From an uncultured Phycisphaerales bacterium (GTDB lineage: Bacteria; Planctomycetota; Phycisphaerae; Sedimentisphaerales; Anaerobacaceae), in contig CAVYYI010000003.1 in assembly GCA_963772725.1 (NCBI GenBank), positions 608,001 through 672,000 of the forward strand: a stretch of DNA of 64,000 nt, read 5' to 3'. A program made the translations under genes and the position numbers. Below are positions 11,399 through 21,232 of the stretch, in pieces. The notes under the pieces were generated by a model, which searched no databases, had not been told where the DNA came from, and worked only from the letters and a program-made list of their open reading frames with translations. How positions within the stretch are numbered: position 1 is the stretch's first letter; each line of letters begins with the position of its first letter.

Positions 11399-11506
11399 TC
11401 ATCTTTTTGAACCCAGCAACGCGGCAACTACAATCAGGCACAGTAGCAGAAGCGGACTGGGATTCAAAATCATCAAAATCAGTATCACTATCAGCACAGC
11501 ACCCAT
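11399..11506 (-). CDS. 35-aa hydrophobic membrane peptide
   Basis: MGAVLIVILILMILNPSPLLLLCLIVVAALLGSKR with a GAAAGGA RBS; below the ORF-track cutoff. Confidence 0.5.
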   Translation of the reverse strand: MGAVLIVILILMILNPSPLLLLCLIVVAALLGSKR

Positions 11507-11522
11507 TGCATTCCTTTCAAAA

Positions 11523-11970
11523 CTACACAAGCCTACTTACTTCAAGCAGTTCTACTCGCTGCCCGTCAAATTGAACTGACCTCAAATTAGAAAAACCAGC
11601 GAAATCCTCCTTTGTCAAACTCAGTTTATTGCCTTCCAGGCTGAGCCGATATAATTGCTTCAAGTCTTGGAATTCCCCAGGAAGCGAGGTCAAATTACTG
11701 TGACCCAATGACATGAGTTGCAGTTTACCCAGGTGGCCCATCATGGGAGGCAGTTCTTTTAGTTTATTTGAGTTGAGATGCAATATTGCCAGGCTCATCA
11801 TATCCCCCGATTTCTCTTGGAAGTGATTTTATGGCATTATTTGCACAAAAAAGGTCTGTGAGGTGCTTTAGTTGCCCGATTTCAGAGGGCAAGGCCTTCA
11901 ACCCACAGCCCGATAAATCCAGCATTTTAAGATTCTTCAAATGGCATATTTCAGCGGGCAAGGTAGGCTG
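11523..11970 (-). pseudogene. Leucine-rich repeat protein fragment (frameshifted, 5' truncated)
   Basis: LPAEICHLKNLKMLDLSGCGLKALPSEIGQLKHL... and LHLNSNKLKELP... in two frames. Confidence 0.8.
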
Positions 11971-12048
11971 CCAGTGGGTATCCAGTGTGTAGTCTGATTA
12001 TAGGCTAAAATAAGCCACATAAGTCTTTATTTGACAAAGGTTATAATT

Positions 12049-12085
12049 GGAGTGCCTTTTCGGCACGCAGGAGGTCGTAGGTTCG
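12049..12085 (+). other. tRNA-Ala-like remnant, possible att scar
   Basis: GGAGTGCCTTTTCGGCACGCAGGAGGTCGTAGGTTCG resembles the anticodon-to-T-loop part of tRNA-Ala (GCACGCAGGAGGTC..GGTTCG). No acceptor stem. Confidence 0.5.
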
Positions 12086-12096
12086 GGGAGATGTTT

Positions 12097-12789
12097 TCAT
12101 TTTTCTTTATTGCGAACCGCATTATAAGCCTCAGCCATGCTCTCAGTTGAGGGTTGCAAATATACAGAAGTGGTCTTCAGGCTGCGATGTCCTACTTGCC
12201 TCTGGACAATTGGCAAAGGCACATTTTTATCTACAATGTATCCATAGATATGTGAATGTCTTAAACTATGAACGGTGAACATTTTTAGGTTTCTGCCTAA
12301 GCTATCCTTGCCATAGACCTGATGTAAGCCGGCTTTGGCAACATATTTCTGAAATATCTGCCTGATTCTATTTTCCGTATATTGCCTATTCCAACGTCTT
12401 CCGGGGTGAAATAGGTAGGCCTCCGGCATTCTTACTCTGTCGCCTCGCTTACTCATTAAACCTTTCTGTTTCAACATGCTTTTGATTTCATTGGTCAAAC
12501 CTTTTGGTAGATAACTTATTCTTGTATGTTTTGTCTTGGTATTTTCAGCAGGAAAGAAAACAGTGCTTCTGTTGAAGTTTAAGTGTTTGATCTGAACCCT
12601 TACAAATTCACCTACCCGGCAGCCAAGCTCATAGATGACCTCGAACATCAGTTTATGTTTATAGTTGTCAATACTATCAAAAAGTTGCTGGATCTCGTCG
12701 AGGGTAAAGTGCCTTATAATTTCTCCGAAACGTTCATATTTTTTTGACGTTTTCTTTTTCTGAGTTGTAGATATTGTTTGGCCTTCCAT
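12097..12789 (-). CDS. Short Xer/integrase-family tyrosine recombinase (catalytic domain only, about 230 aa)
   Basis: GCRVGE, KTK, HSLRHS, VGH, TTSVY. Likely start is ATG 12789 (MEGQ). Confidence 0.9.
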   Translation of the reverse strand: MEGQTISTTQKKKTSKKYERFGEIIRHFTLDEIQQLFDSIDNYKHKLMFEVIYELGCRVGEFVRVQIKHLNFNRSTVFFPAENTKTKHTRISYLPKGLTNEIKSMLKQKGLMSKRGDRVRMPEAYLFHPGRRWNRQYTENRIRQIFQKYVAKAGLHQVYGKDSLGRNLKMFTVHSLRHSHIYGYIVDKNVPLPIVQRQVGHRSLKTTSVYLQPSTESMAEAYNAVRNKEK

Positions 12790-13381
12790 CTTTTCCTGAA
12801 ATGTGAAATCAGTTGCCTTAATAAACTTTTTGTTCCCAGCGAAAGATTTAAATACCTGGAAGTCTTTACAACAGAACAAGGTTTATAAAACTCAATCACA
12901 CAAAACCAGATAAATTCCAGTATAAGTTATTTTACCAACTAAACTTCAATGGAAACAACCTGGCATATTTATGCGATTGAATTTACAAAACCTCTGATTT
13001 TGAGGCTTTCCGGCCTTGGAATAAGGTATTTCACCGAAATACCCCAAAACAGAACAAATCTTTCTTAGCTTTAGCCATGCCACTTAACATTAAGCATGAA
13101 CCCTGATTCATAGCATGTTCTTTACTGTATTCTTTCTGCTATCGTCCCACCAGATGCCATGAACCCAGCATCGGCGCAGACGGCAATTTCGCCTGCTGCT
13201 GATTATCTATACCCGGCCTCGAACCAGTCGTTCTATCTACAAAACGCTTTTCAATAGCGTTTTTCAATACGTCGTCTCTCGGCCTGGATATATTCAGCAT
13301 CAGCAAAAAGTTTATAAACTTCACTCTATTAGTACGATCGTACTGATTGGTATTAACCAATCGATAAGGAATAACCGGAAA

Positions 13382-13660
13382 ATGTCAAATAAACCAGAAA
13401 CTGTTTTCAAAGTTGGAGCTGTCAGAGCAGCGGTCTTTAGAAACACAATTGAAAAGGCAGGCAAATCAATTCCACTGCCAAAGGTTGTTATTGAGGTAAG
13501 GTACAAGGATAAAACCGGTCAATGGAACGGAACCAACAGCCTGAGTATAAATGACCTTCCTAAGGCCATATTAGCCCTGCAGAAGGCTTATGAGTACCTT
13601 ATGGGACATAAAGAAGCCGCCCAGCAAAATGAATCTGCAGAAACCGATTTATACAGCTAA
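13382..13660 (+). CDS. Small PC4/SpoVG-like putative ssDNA-binding protein
   Basis: KPETVFKVGAVRAAVFRN...RYKDKTGQWNGTNSLSINDLPKAILAL, a beta-rich fold with a C-terminal helix. Confidence 0.6.
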   Translation: MSNKPETVFKVGAVRAAVFRNTIEKAGKSIPLPKVVIEVRYKDKTGQWNGTNSLSINDLPKAILALQKAYEYLMGHKEAAQQNESAETDLYS

Positions 13661-13790
13661 ACCCGTAAATCTTTCAATATTTGTTTCAGTGGAATTGTAG
13701 TTTGAATTCAATTTTTCTTTTTAACCCCGGATGGAATGATTTTTCTAAAAATATCCCATCCATTTTTTTTAAGGAAGGCAAGGTGTAACC

Positions 13791-14709
13791 ATGCAGGAAA
13801 CAATTTGTGCAAAAGTAAATCCAAGGTTGTTGACTAAGGCAGACAGGCTATTTACAGGCACTGCCGAAGGCAGAGTCATTGAGATTCTGCAGAACGCAAG
13901 AAGAGCGAAAGCGACAGAGGTAAGAATTACAAACAAGGAGGGATATGTAACCGTTGAAGATAACGGCTCTGGTATTGAGGATTTCCAGAAGTTGCTGGAT
14001 TTAGGAGGCAGCGGCTGGGATGAAAAACTCGAGGCAGGCGAAGACCCGGCAGGAGTAGGACTTTTCAGCCTGGCACCCAAAGAAGTAACCATTACATCCA
14101 GAGACAGGCAAATAATTATAGATAAGGATGGTTGGGTAGGTAAACCCGTTCAGGTAACAAGAATCCCGCAGCAAGTGAAGGGAACTATCGTTAAATTCAG
14201 GGATGAAAAGCCATGGGATAAGGAGCTTGTCGAAAACCATGCGGTTTTTGCCGGTATCAGAGTTATCGTGGGCGGCAAGTACTGTCACCAGATGCCGTTT
14301 TGCGGTAATGAGTCTGTGTATTATGAAAAACCAGGCTGCAAAATTGAAGTCACAAAAGAGATATCCAAATATCACAGCCACTGGGTTAACACCTGGCATC
14401 ACGACAAAGTGCTTGTGAATTTTCATGGCCAGGTCGCTGAGCTTGATTACTGGCCCGGTACGAGCAGACCTGGCATTATGATTCTGGTGGATATCACAGA
14501 TAAGACCGATATTCGCTTAATGCTCCCTGCAAGAACGAGGTTAGTGGAAAATCAGGCCTTTAAGCAGCTCAAAACAGCTATCGAAATGGAGTATTACAGA
14601 TACTTCCAGAAGCAGAAGACCCATACCCTTTACTATGAAGAGTACCTTCGTGCAAGAGAACTTGGCATTGAATTGCCGCAGGCAGCACCTCAGTTCGAGG
14701 TCGGCCTTA
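13791..14709 (+). pseudogene. GHKL (HATPase_c) ATPase, truncated by IS21
   Basis: EILQNARRA, DNGSGI, GVGLFS; the ORF runs into the IS21 left end. Confidence 0.8.
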
Positions 14710-17178
14710 TGATCAGCGACAATTATTCTTACCTTCCGGCGACAGTTAAAAGTTCCGGATGAATTAAAGTTGGAATATGCTATCTGAAACTCATTAAGTC
14801 AGGAGATTTCAGATGGTTAAAGACAAACAGGTAAGGAGATTGTTCGCTATGAAAAACAAATGCAAGACCTTATATCAGCTTGCAGACAAGGCTGGTATAA
14901 GCACTAAAACCGCCCGCAAGTATTTAAAAACGGGCGTGCTGCCAGCCAATGCCAAGCTATCCACGACTGGCCCACCCATCCGGATGCCTTTGCAGGGGAT
15001 TGGCCATGGGTTGAAGAATTCCTCAAAAACAACTCCGGTCTTGAATCTAAATCGCTTTTTGAGGCTCTGCAGCGTGAATATCCCGGTAAATACCAGGACA
15101 GCGAATTAAGAACCTTCCAGAGACGAGTAAAACAATGGAAAGCCTTGTCCGGTCCGGCTCAGGAAGTGTTTTTTCCACAAATCTATAAACCCGGCCAATG
15201 GTGCGAATCAGACTTTACCAGGATGAATAAGCTGGGTATCACCATTTGCGGCATACCTTTTATTCACATGCTGTACCATTTTGTATTGTGTTTGTCGAAC
15301 TGGGAAACCGTCACGGTATGTTTTTCAGAAAGCTATGAAAGTTTAAGTGCCGGTATTCAAAATGCCCTCTGGAAGTTAGGCGGCATACCACGCTATCATA
15401 GGACTGATAATTTAACCTGTGCGGTTAACAAGGTAGGCAATCCTGAGGAATTCACGGCTAACTATCAGGGTCTTGCGAATCATTATGGTTTCCAAAGCTG
15501 TAAAATCCAGCCTCACTGTCCGAATGAAAACGGCGATATAGAGCAGCGTCATCACAGGTTAAAGAGAGCTGTTGAACAGGCGTTAATCCTTAGAGGAAGC
15601 AGAGATTTTAACAGCAGGAAAGATTATGAAATGTTTCTTGAAAAGCTGCTCGACCAACTCAATACCGGCCGCACAAAACTCTTGGCCGAAGAGTTAAAGG
15701 TTCTGCGGCAATTGCCAACCCGCAGGCATGAAGATTTCACCAGGGATAAATGCAGGGTAAGTCGTGGCTGCACGGTCCGAGTTCTTAAGAACAGCTATTC
15801 TGTTCACAGCAGGCTTAGGGGAGAAAATGTTGACGTTCGAATATATGCCGAACATATCGAAGTCTGGTATGCTCAAAGAAGAATTGAAGTATTGCCCAGA
15901 TTACACGGTGAAAACGGTCATTACATCAATTACCGCCACGTTATAGATACCCTTGTTCGCAAACCCGGGGCGTTTGAGAACTATTGCTATAAAGATGATA
16001 TGTTTCCCACAAGTCAGTTCAGGATCGCATATGATCTCCTGCGTGATCAACATGGGATGAAGCAGGGTAATAAGCAGTATCTGAAAATTCTTGAATTAGC
16101 TGCCAACGAAAGCCAGACATCTGTCAATGAAGCTTTGCGGTTCCTGATCAACCATGCAGATGCGATTGATTTTGATATGGTAGAACAAATAGTCAAATCC
16201 GAACAACAGCCGCCGGATGTCACTGACGTTTGTGTTGGCGATATTGATCTGAACAGTTATGACTGTCTACTTGAATCGGCGGAGGCACTACTGGTATGAG
16301 TAAAAATGATCTGGATAATCAGCTTGTAAACCTTCTCAAAGAACTTCACCTGCCGATGTTCCGTGAATATTACGCCGAGTTCGCTCAGAAGGCTATCGCC
16401 GAAGATATGGGTTATTCACAATATCTATTGGAATTGGCTCAGCGTGAGTGTGATGTTCGCAGAGCCAATAAAATCGCAAGGCTGGTAAAAGCCTCAAAGC
16501 TTCCTATGGAAAAGACCATGGCAAACTTTGATTTTAAACGTATGCCGTTGAAGATACGTCAGCAGGTCAAAATTCTTTTGGAAGGTTCATTTGTTGACAG
16601 AACAGAGAATATTCTTGCATTTGGCAAACCCGGCAGCGGTAAGACACATTTACTGTGTGGTATCTGTCATGAACTTGCCCGGCAGGGAAAAAAGGTTTAC
16701 TTTACTACGTGTGATATGATGTTGCAGGAGTTATTACGAGCCAAGCAGGAGTTGAAGCTGGACAAATGGCTCAAGAAGCTGTCACAGTACGAGGCATTGA
16801 TGATAGATGACTTCGGCTATGTCAAACAGAACCGCGAGGAGATGGAGGTGCTGTTTACCTTATTAGCTCATTGTTATGAACGTGGCAGCGTGTTGATTAC
16901 CAGCAATCTGCCGTTCAGTAAATGGGAAGTCATCTTTAAGGATCCGATGACCACTGCAGCAGCGATCGACCGGCTGGTACATCATAGTGTGATCCTTGAA
17001 TTGAATGTACCGAGCTACCGAGCTGAGGAAGCTCAGAGACGGAAAAATAAGGACACGTAATGTCCGAAATTTTGCCCCCCATGGGGGCACCTCCTAAAGG
17101 CTATAAGCTAAGGTAAGTGTTATGAAGTAACGGTAAAAATAACTGTCGTTGAAGGGAAATTATAATTGACGCCGGACA
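14710..17178 (+). mobile_element. IS21-family element, copy 3 (istA frameshifted near 14943; istB 16296-17060)
   Basis: 2469 bp, with two single-base deletions relative to the other copies. Flanks GCCTTA / CTTTCG, no target duplication. Confidence 0.96.
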
Positions 17179-17242
17179 CTTTCGCATAATGCGGTAAGAG
17201 TGTAACCAAAAAATATAAATAGTAGTGCCACCAAATTTTACA

Positions 17243-17614
17243 ATGGGCATACCAATAAGAAACAATTCTTATCACAGGAAAACAAAACAGGTAATCATAG
17301 TTGTCATTGTGAGCTTGTTATTTATACTGACTGTAGTCATAATATTAAGGTTCTTGGGAACAGGCATAAGGGAGGACAAAGAGTTAATTGAGAAAAGCAA
17401 CTCCACCGTTTCGTTCGAGGAATCAAGCCAGCTCAATATGGATACAAAGCTTAATATAAAAGCCGATAGAAACCAAACTTATAAATCTGAAGATATTCTG
17501 AATCTAACTGATCCAAAGGTTTGTGTTCAACAGTGGATAGAGGATTTAATGACGATGGAGGATGCACTGTATTGTATTGACAGGTATATGGAGTATCAAA
17601 ACAGCTCCTCATAG
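17243..17614 (+). CDS. Single-pass membrane hypothetical protein
   Basis: Basic N-terminus, TM segment VIIVVIVSLLFILTVVIIL, soluble C-terminus. Confidence 0.6.
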   Translation: MGIPIRNNSYHRKTKQVIIVVIVSLLFILTVVIILRFLGTGIREDKELIEKSNSTVSFEESSQLNMDTKLNIKADRNQTYKSEDILNLTDPKVCVQQWIEDLMTMEDALYCIDRYMEYQNSSS

Positions 17615-17781
17615 AGGGCAAGCTGATCGAGCTTATTCTTTGGGATCGATTCTGCAAGCACATTAAAACCGAAGCACACGCTAAAGTTACACACATAAAA
17701 TATTTTTTAAAATATATTTAAGAATTTCATATATTCGAGTGTAAAAAACCTTAAATACTTCTGCCTCGTTATCATTCCAAA

Positions 17782-17997
17782 ATGACAGCAAAAGAAAAAC
17801 ATACCGGAAAAGAATGCAAATGCCTGAACAATCTCGAAGAGATTTGCGAAAACACCCGTGCTATCCGCCGGGTTGTCAACAGGATATTAGACCATCTGCA
17901 CGAATACAGCTGCAAGGATGATGAAAACAACATCGACTACGACCCCGATAGCATTTCCTGGCACGACCTGGATAACGGGGATGATATGTATATGTAG
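17782..17997 (+). CDS. Small acidic hypothetical protein
   Basis: 71-aa ORF with an acidic tail, preceded by a TATA-like motif. Confidence 0.5.
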   Translation: MTAKEKHTGKECKCLNNLEEICENTRAIRRVVNRILDHLHEYSCKDDENNIDYDPDSISWHDLDNGDDMYM

Positions 17998-18050
17998 TCG
18001 AAACATTCTATTATCCGTATTGCAAGGAAAAATATTTTATTTTTCCTCGA

Positions 18051-19829
18051 GTTACTGTTTATGTTTATAATTGAAATCAGTGCATATCATCTCCAGTGTT
18101 GATTTGGCAATCTTTCCAAGGAAGTTCCACTCATGTTACTCGTATATCCGGGTTATTCCCAATATTCATCATCCGAGCTTATAAGAGAGAGGGTGCCCAT
18201 GTTTCGCTTCGGGTTTTGCCCAAATTTTTAATACGGGCTCTCATCCCTCACTTGGAAAAATTTGCGATTCAACATTTATCGGTTCAAAAATTACCTCATC
18301 AGTTAATTGTTTTAACTGCTTAACTTCGGTTTTTGAAAAACCATAATGAGCAATTTGAGGCTGGTAGAACGAGTTTGTTGTGCATAGCCACCAGACAGTT
18401 CTAAGATATTTTGAAGCACAAGCACAGAGAGCCTGCAGTGATTTATAGGGATTATTTGCTCGCTGCTGCAAAAAGAAAAAACGTCGCACGAAGTCATTAT
18501 TTTTTCGTGATTTTAATACTGCCATCGTCGCACTGATTGCGGCACGCCTCAGATGGGCTTTACCAGCTTTTGTGATTCTTGTTTTGCCTTGATACTGACC
18601 AGAACTTCGTTCGCCAGGATCCAGACCAGCCATACTCACCAGGGCTCGAGCCTCATCAAAATCTTTCGGGGTACCTACTATTCCAAGCAATACGGCATTT
18701 TCTACGGAGGAACTACCCGGGATAGAGTCGAGATTTGAGGAGTAGGGAATTTTGCGGTAGACAGCAAGAAGTAGGTCCCGAAGTTGCTCCTGCTGTTTAA
18801 TGAACATTTTAACACGTTCTGAGGCGGCCTTTATTCGTTTTACCAGTGCCGGCCGAGCCTCAACATATCCCCAAGGATCGTCAGACCTGACATATGCCCA
18901 AATCGCTTTAGAACGACGTATAAGAAGATTTTTGCGGGTGAATGATGCGCGAACACAGGTGACAAAATCATTAACATCAAGGCTGTATGCAGCATCTATG
19001 TTTGACAAAACTGCCAGAGAAGTGTCTTTGAAGGGATCATGAAATATATCATAATATTTTGGGAATATGGTCCCCAAGAATGCGTGTATGCGATTTTTTT
19101 CTGCGGTGATAAGATCCACCATTTCCTGATATTCAAGGGCATAGGCCCGAAGTGATATCCACTTATCATCTAACGAAAGCTGGCTAAAAGCAAAATGCAA
19201 AGAACTTCCCAGTGTGGCAATGTGTGCCGCATCGATTGTATCATTCTTGCGACCTGACTGACCTTCCAAGTGCCGCTGGTGCCCAACGGCTTTATTTTCC
19301 ACAAGGCGATACTGGTATCCTTTTCGTCTCAGAAGTGATATCACGGGCATCCAGAAATATGAAGCCCCCTCCATAAAAAAGACGATACGCTCACAATTAA
19401 CTTTTGTACGGAGCATTTCCAGTCGCTCTAATAGTGTTTCCATACCCTCAAGAGAATGAGGTACGCTGCCTCTTGTTATGACATTCCTTTGGCCATCAAG
19501 GACATGGAATGCATGTTTCTTTTTGGCAAGGTCAAAACTGCATATCATCGTTGAGCCTGACAAAAATTCTCTTTTCTGCAAAGTCTTCTTGTGTTCACGT
19601 CTCAATCCTTTAGAATACCTCATAGCCTGACCTCCTTGGTAATCTCGTATTTATTTGTGGAACATTCCTAACAAATTTGAGACGCCGGGAGGCCAGGTTT
19701 TTGAGGCCTCTTCGAGGGCGCCTCAACGGTAACTCCAGTCAGCCTACGGCTTCCTTTCGTTACCGTCGTCATACCTATACCAACTAAATTCCTTTTACGC
19801 CACAATCAAGAAAGTTACAGAATAGTAAC
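18051..19829 (-). mobile_element. IS110-family element (boundaries approximate)
   Basis: Transposase flanked by about 190-200 bp noncoding ends; imperfect inverted repeat GTTACTGTT (18051) / AATAGTAAC (19821-19829). Confidence 0.7.
18241..19623 (-). CDS. IS110-family DEDD recombinase/transposase
   Basis: SFDLAKKKH, FMEGAS, KNDTIDA, SIPG, AGLDPGERSSG, ITKAGKAHLR. Confidence 0.93.
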   Translation of the reverse strand: MRYSKGLRREHKKTLQKREFLSGSTMICSFDLAKKKHAFHVLDGQRNVITRGSVPHSLEGMETLLERLEMLRTKVNCERIVFFMEGASYFWMPVISLLRRKGYQYRLVENKAVGHQRHLEGQSGRKNDTIDAAHIATLGSSLHFAFSQLSLDDKWISLRAYALEYQEMVDLITAEKNRIHAFLGTIFPKYYDIFHDPFKDTSLAVLSNIDAAYSLDVNDFVTCVRASFTRKNLLIRRSKAIWAYVRSDDPWGYVEARPALVKRIKAASERVKMFIKQQEQLRDLLLAVYRKIPYSSNLDSIPGSSSVENAVLLGIVGTPKDFDEARALVSMAGLDPGERSSGQYQGKTRITKAGKAHLRRAAISATMAVLKSRKNNDFVRRFFFLQQRANNPYKSLQALCACASKYLRTVWWLCTTNSFYQPQIAHYGFSKTEVKQLKQLTDEVIFEPINVESQIFPSEG

Positions 19830-19859
19830 ATTTTTATAGTCTTGCAGATTTATCTTTTA

Positions 19860-20183
19860 ATGAATAAAGAGCAGCAATTAGTAACACAGTTGTCTCAAAT
19901 TAAAAATATCCTCGATGATGCAAAGGCTATTCTGGAATGGCATAAACTGAAGGTTTTTGAGAGAAACTCAAATCCTTCATTAAATGTATTTTTCCAGGAC
20001 GATACTTTCCGGCAGTTCACAGACAAACAGGCAGCCTTTCAGCTACTTTGGTCGGAAACAAATATGCTCTTGCATGATAAGACAATAAAACTTAGTCAGG
20101 ATAAAAGACTCGAATTCCGAAAAGAGCTTAATAAGTTATTCTCGCAATTTTTTTATCTTGGCAGCGATGTGAGGGTATACTGA
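19860..20183 (+). CDS. Hypothetical protein
   Basis: Helical ORF of about 107 aa, probably co-transcribed with the next gene. Confidence 0.55.
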   Translation: MNKEQQLVTQLSQIKNILDDAKAILEWHKLKVFERNSNPSLNVFFQDDTFRQFTDKQAAFQLLWSETNMLLHDKTIKLSQDKRLEFRKELNKLFSQFFYLGSDVRVY

Positions 20184-20194
20184 TATTTATAAAA

Positions 20195-20803
20195 ATGGGA
20201 CTATTTGATTTTTTGATCAGGAGAAAGCTGAGAAAAGTTAAAACAAGAAGGTCAAAAGGCTGTAACGTTACCGGAAGGCAGCAAATGGTCAGCATCAAAG
20301 GTCAGATTGACTTAATAAATAATGTTTTGAAGGAACATCGTAAAGATATTGATGAAAATTCAGTTCTCTTAAAAGAACACAGCCAAAAACTCACAAATCT
20401 CGAAAACATCCTGACTAATCAGCCGATGGGTCTGTCGTCAAAACAGACCAGTCCGACACAGCGACCAGACTGGACGGTTAAACCAGTCCAATCAAATATA
20501 ATTAACAGTTGTAAATTCGATATTGATAAGTTCAGCAATCAGGAAAAAAGGATTCTCTCGGTATTTTTTGAGCATCAGGATATGGCGCTTTCCTACAAAG
20601 ATATTGGAAGCTTATTAAACAAAGCGCCCAATACTATAAAAAACCAGATGCACCAGATACTCATAAAGGCTGACTTATTTGAAAGAGCTACAGATAACAA
20701 TATGAGAAACAGATTCAGGCTCAAGGATGGCATAAAAATAGAAAAATATCTCAATATAGACCGACCATCCGACCAGTTGGCCGACATCGGGCGTTTAGCT
20801 TAG
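20195..20803 (+). CDS. Coiled-coil plus C-terminal winged-HTH protein
   Basis: Heptad region followed by FSNQEKRIL...LSYKDIGSLLNKAPNTIKNQM. Confidence 0.7.
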   Translation: MGLFDFLIRRKLRKVKTRRSKGCNVTGRQQMVSIKGQIDLINNVLKEHRKDIDENSVLLKEHSQKLTNLENILTNQPMGLSSKQTSPTQRPDWTVKPVQSNIINSCKFDIDKFSNQEKRILSVFFEHQDMALSYKDIGSLLNKAPNTIKNQMHQILIKADLFERATDNNMRNRFRLKDGIKIEKYLNIDRPSDQLADIGRLA

Positions 20804-21134
20804 ACGTTCTATCGACCAGTTATGCCCAAATAATCGAATAAACGCCTGACCGTGAGATAAAGGAATCACCTCCTGATGCTTTGTACTAACGTTATTGGGT
20901 AATCCAGATTCACACAAAGTATAAGCAGTACAGTGAACAGTAATTTTTCATGAGTTTCTAACCTATGGTTACACACTACTCAGAGGTATACATGAAAGCG
21001 AAATGGTGTATTTTGATATCCCGCGGAAACTGCATACCACTATGCCTTTAAAATCGGTAAACCGAAAATTCAGGGCGGTCGATATTTCAATCTGTTTCAC
21101 AGTTTTGAGATGTCGATTTCACCGGCTTTTGGCA

Positions 21135-21232
21135 CTTTATACGTCCGGGACGGTTTATGCGTGAAGCCGCAAACAGCCGTTAAATTTATAAACCACCAAC
21201 GCTTTATATGCCCGGTATGGTTTATACGTAAA
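21135..21232 (+). repeat. Two 31-bp imperfect direct repeats immediately upstream of the cdc6-like ATG
   Basis: CTTTATACGTCCGGGACGGTTTATGCGTGAA (21135-21165) vs CTTTATATGCCCGGTATGGTTTATACGTAAA (21202-21232), 25/31 identical. Confidence 0.75.

Noticed and set aside
12915..12945. TATAA-6 bp-TTA as a possible site for the adjacent recombinase
   Set aside because: The arms are barely symmetric and no second copy was found.
5077..17178. Composite transposon that inserted as a unit
   Set aside because: No outer 6-bp duplication (GCCACT vs CTTTCG); kept only as a rearrangement observation.
17179..17206. dif-like site (CTTTCGCATAA resembles a XerC arm) next to IS21 copy 3
   Set aside because: The XerD arm (TTATGTTAAAT) is not matched.
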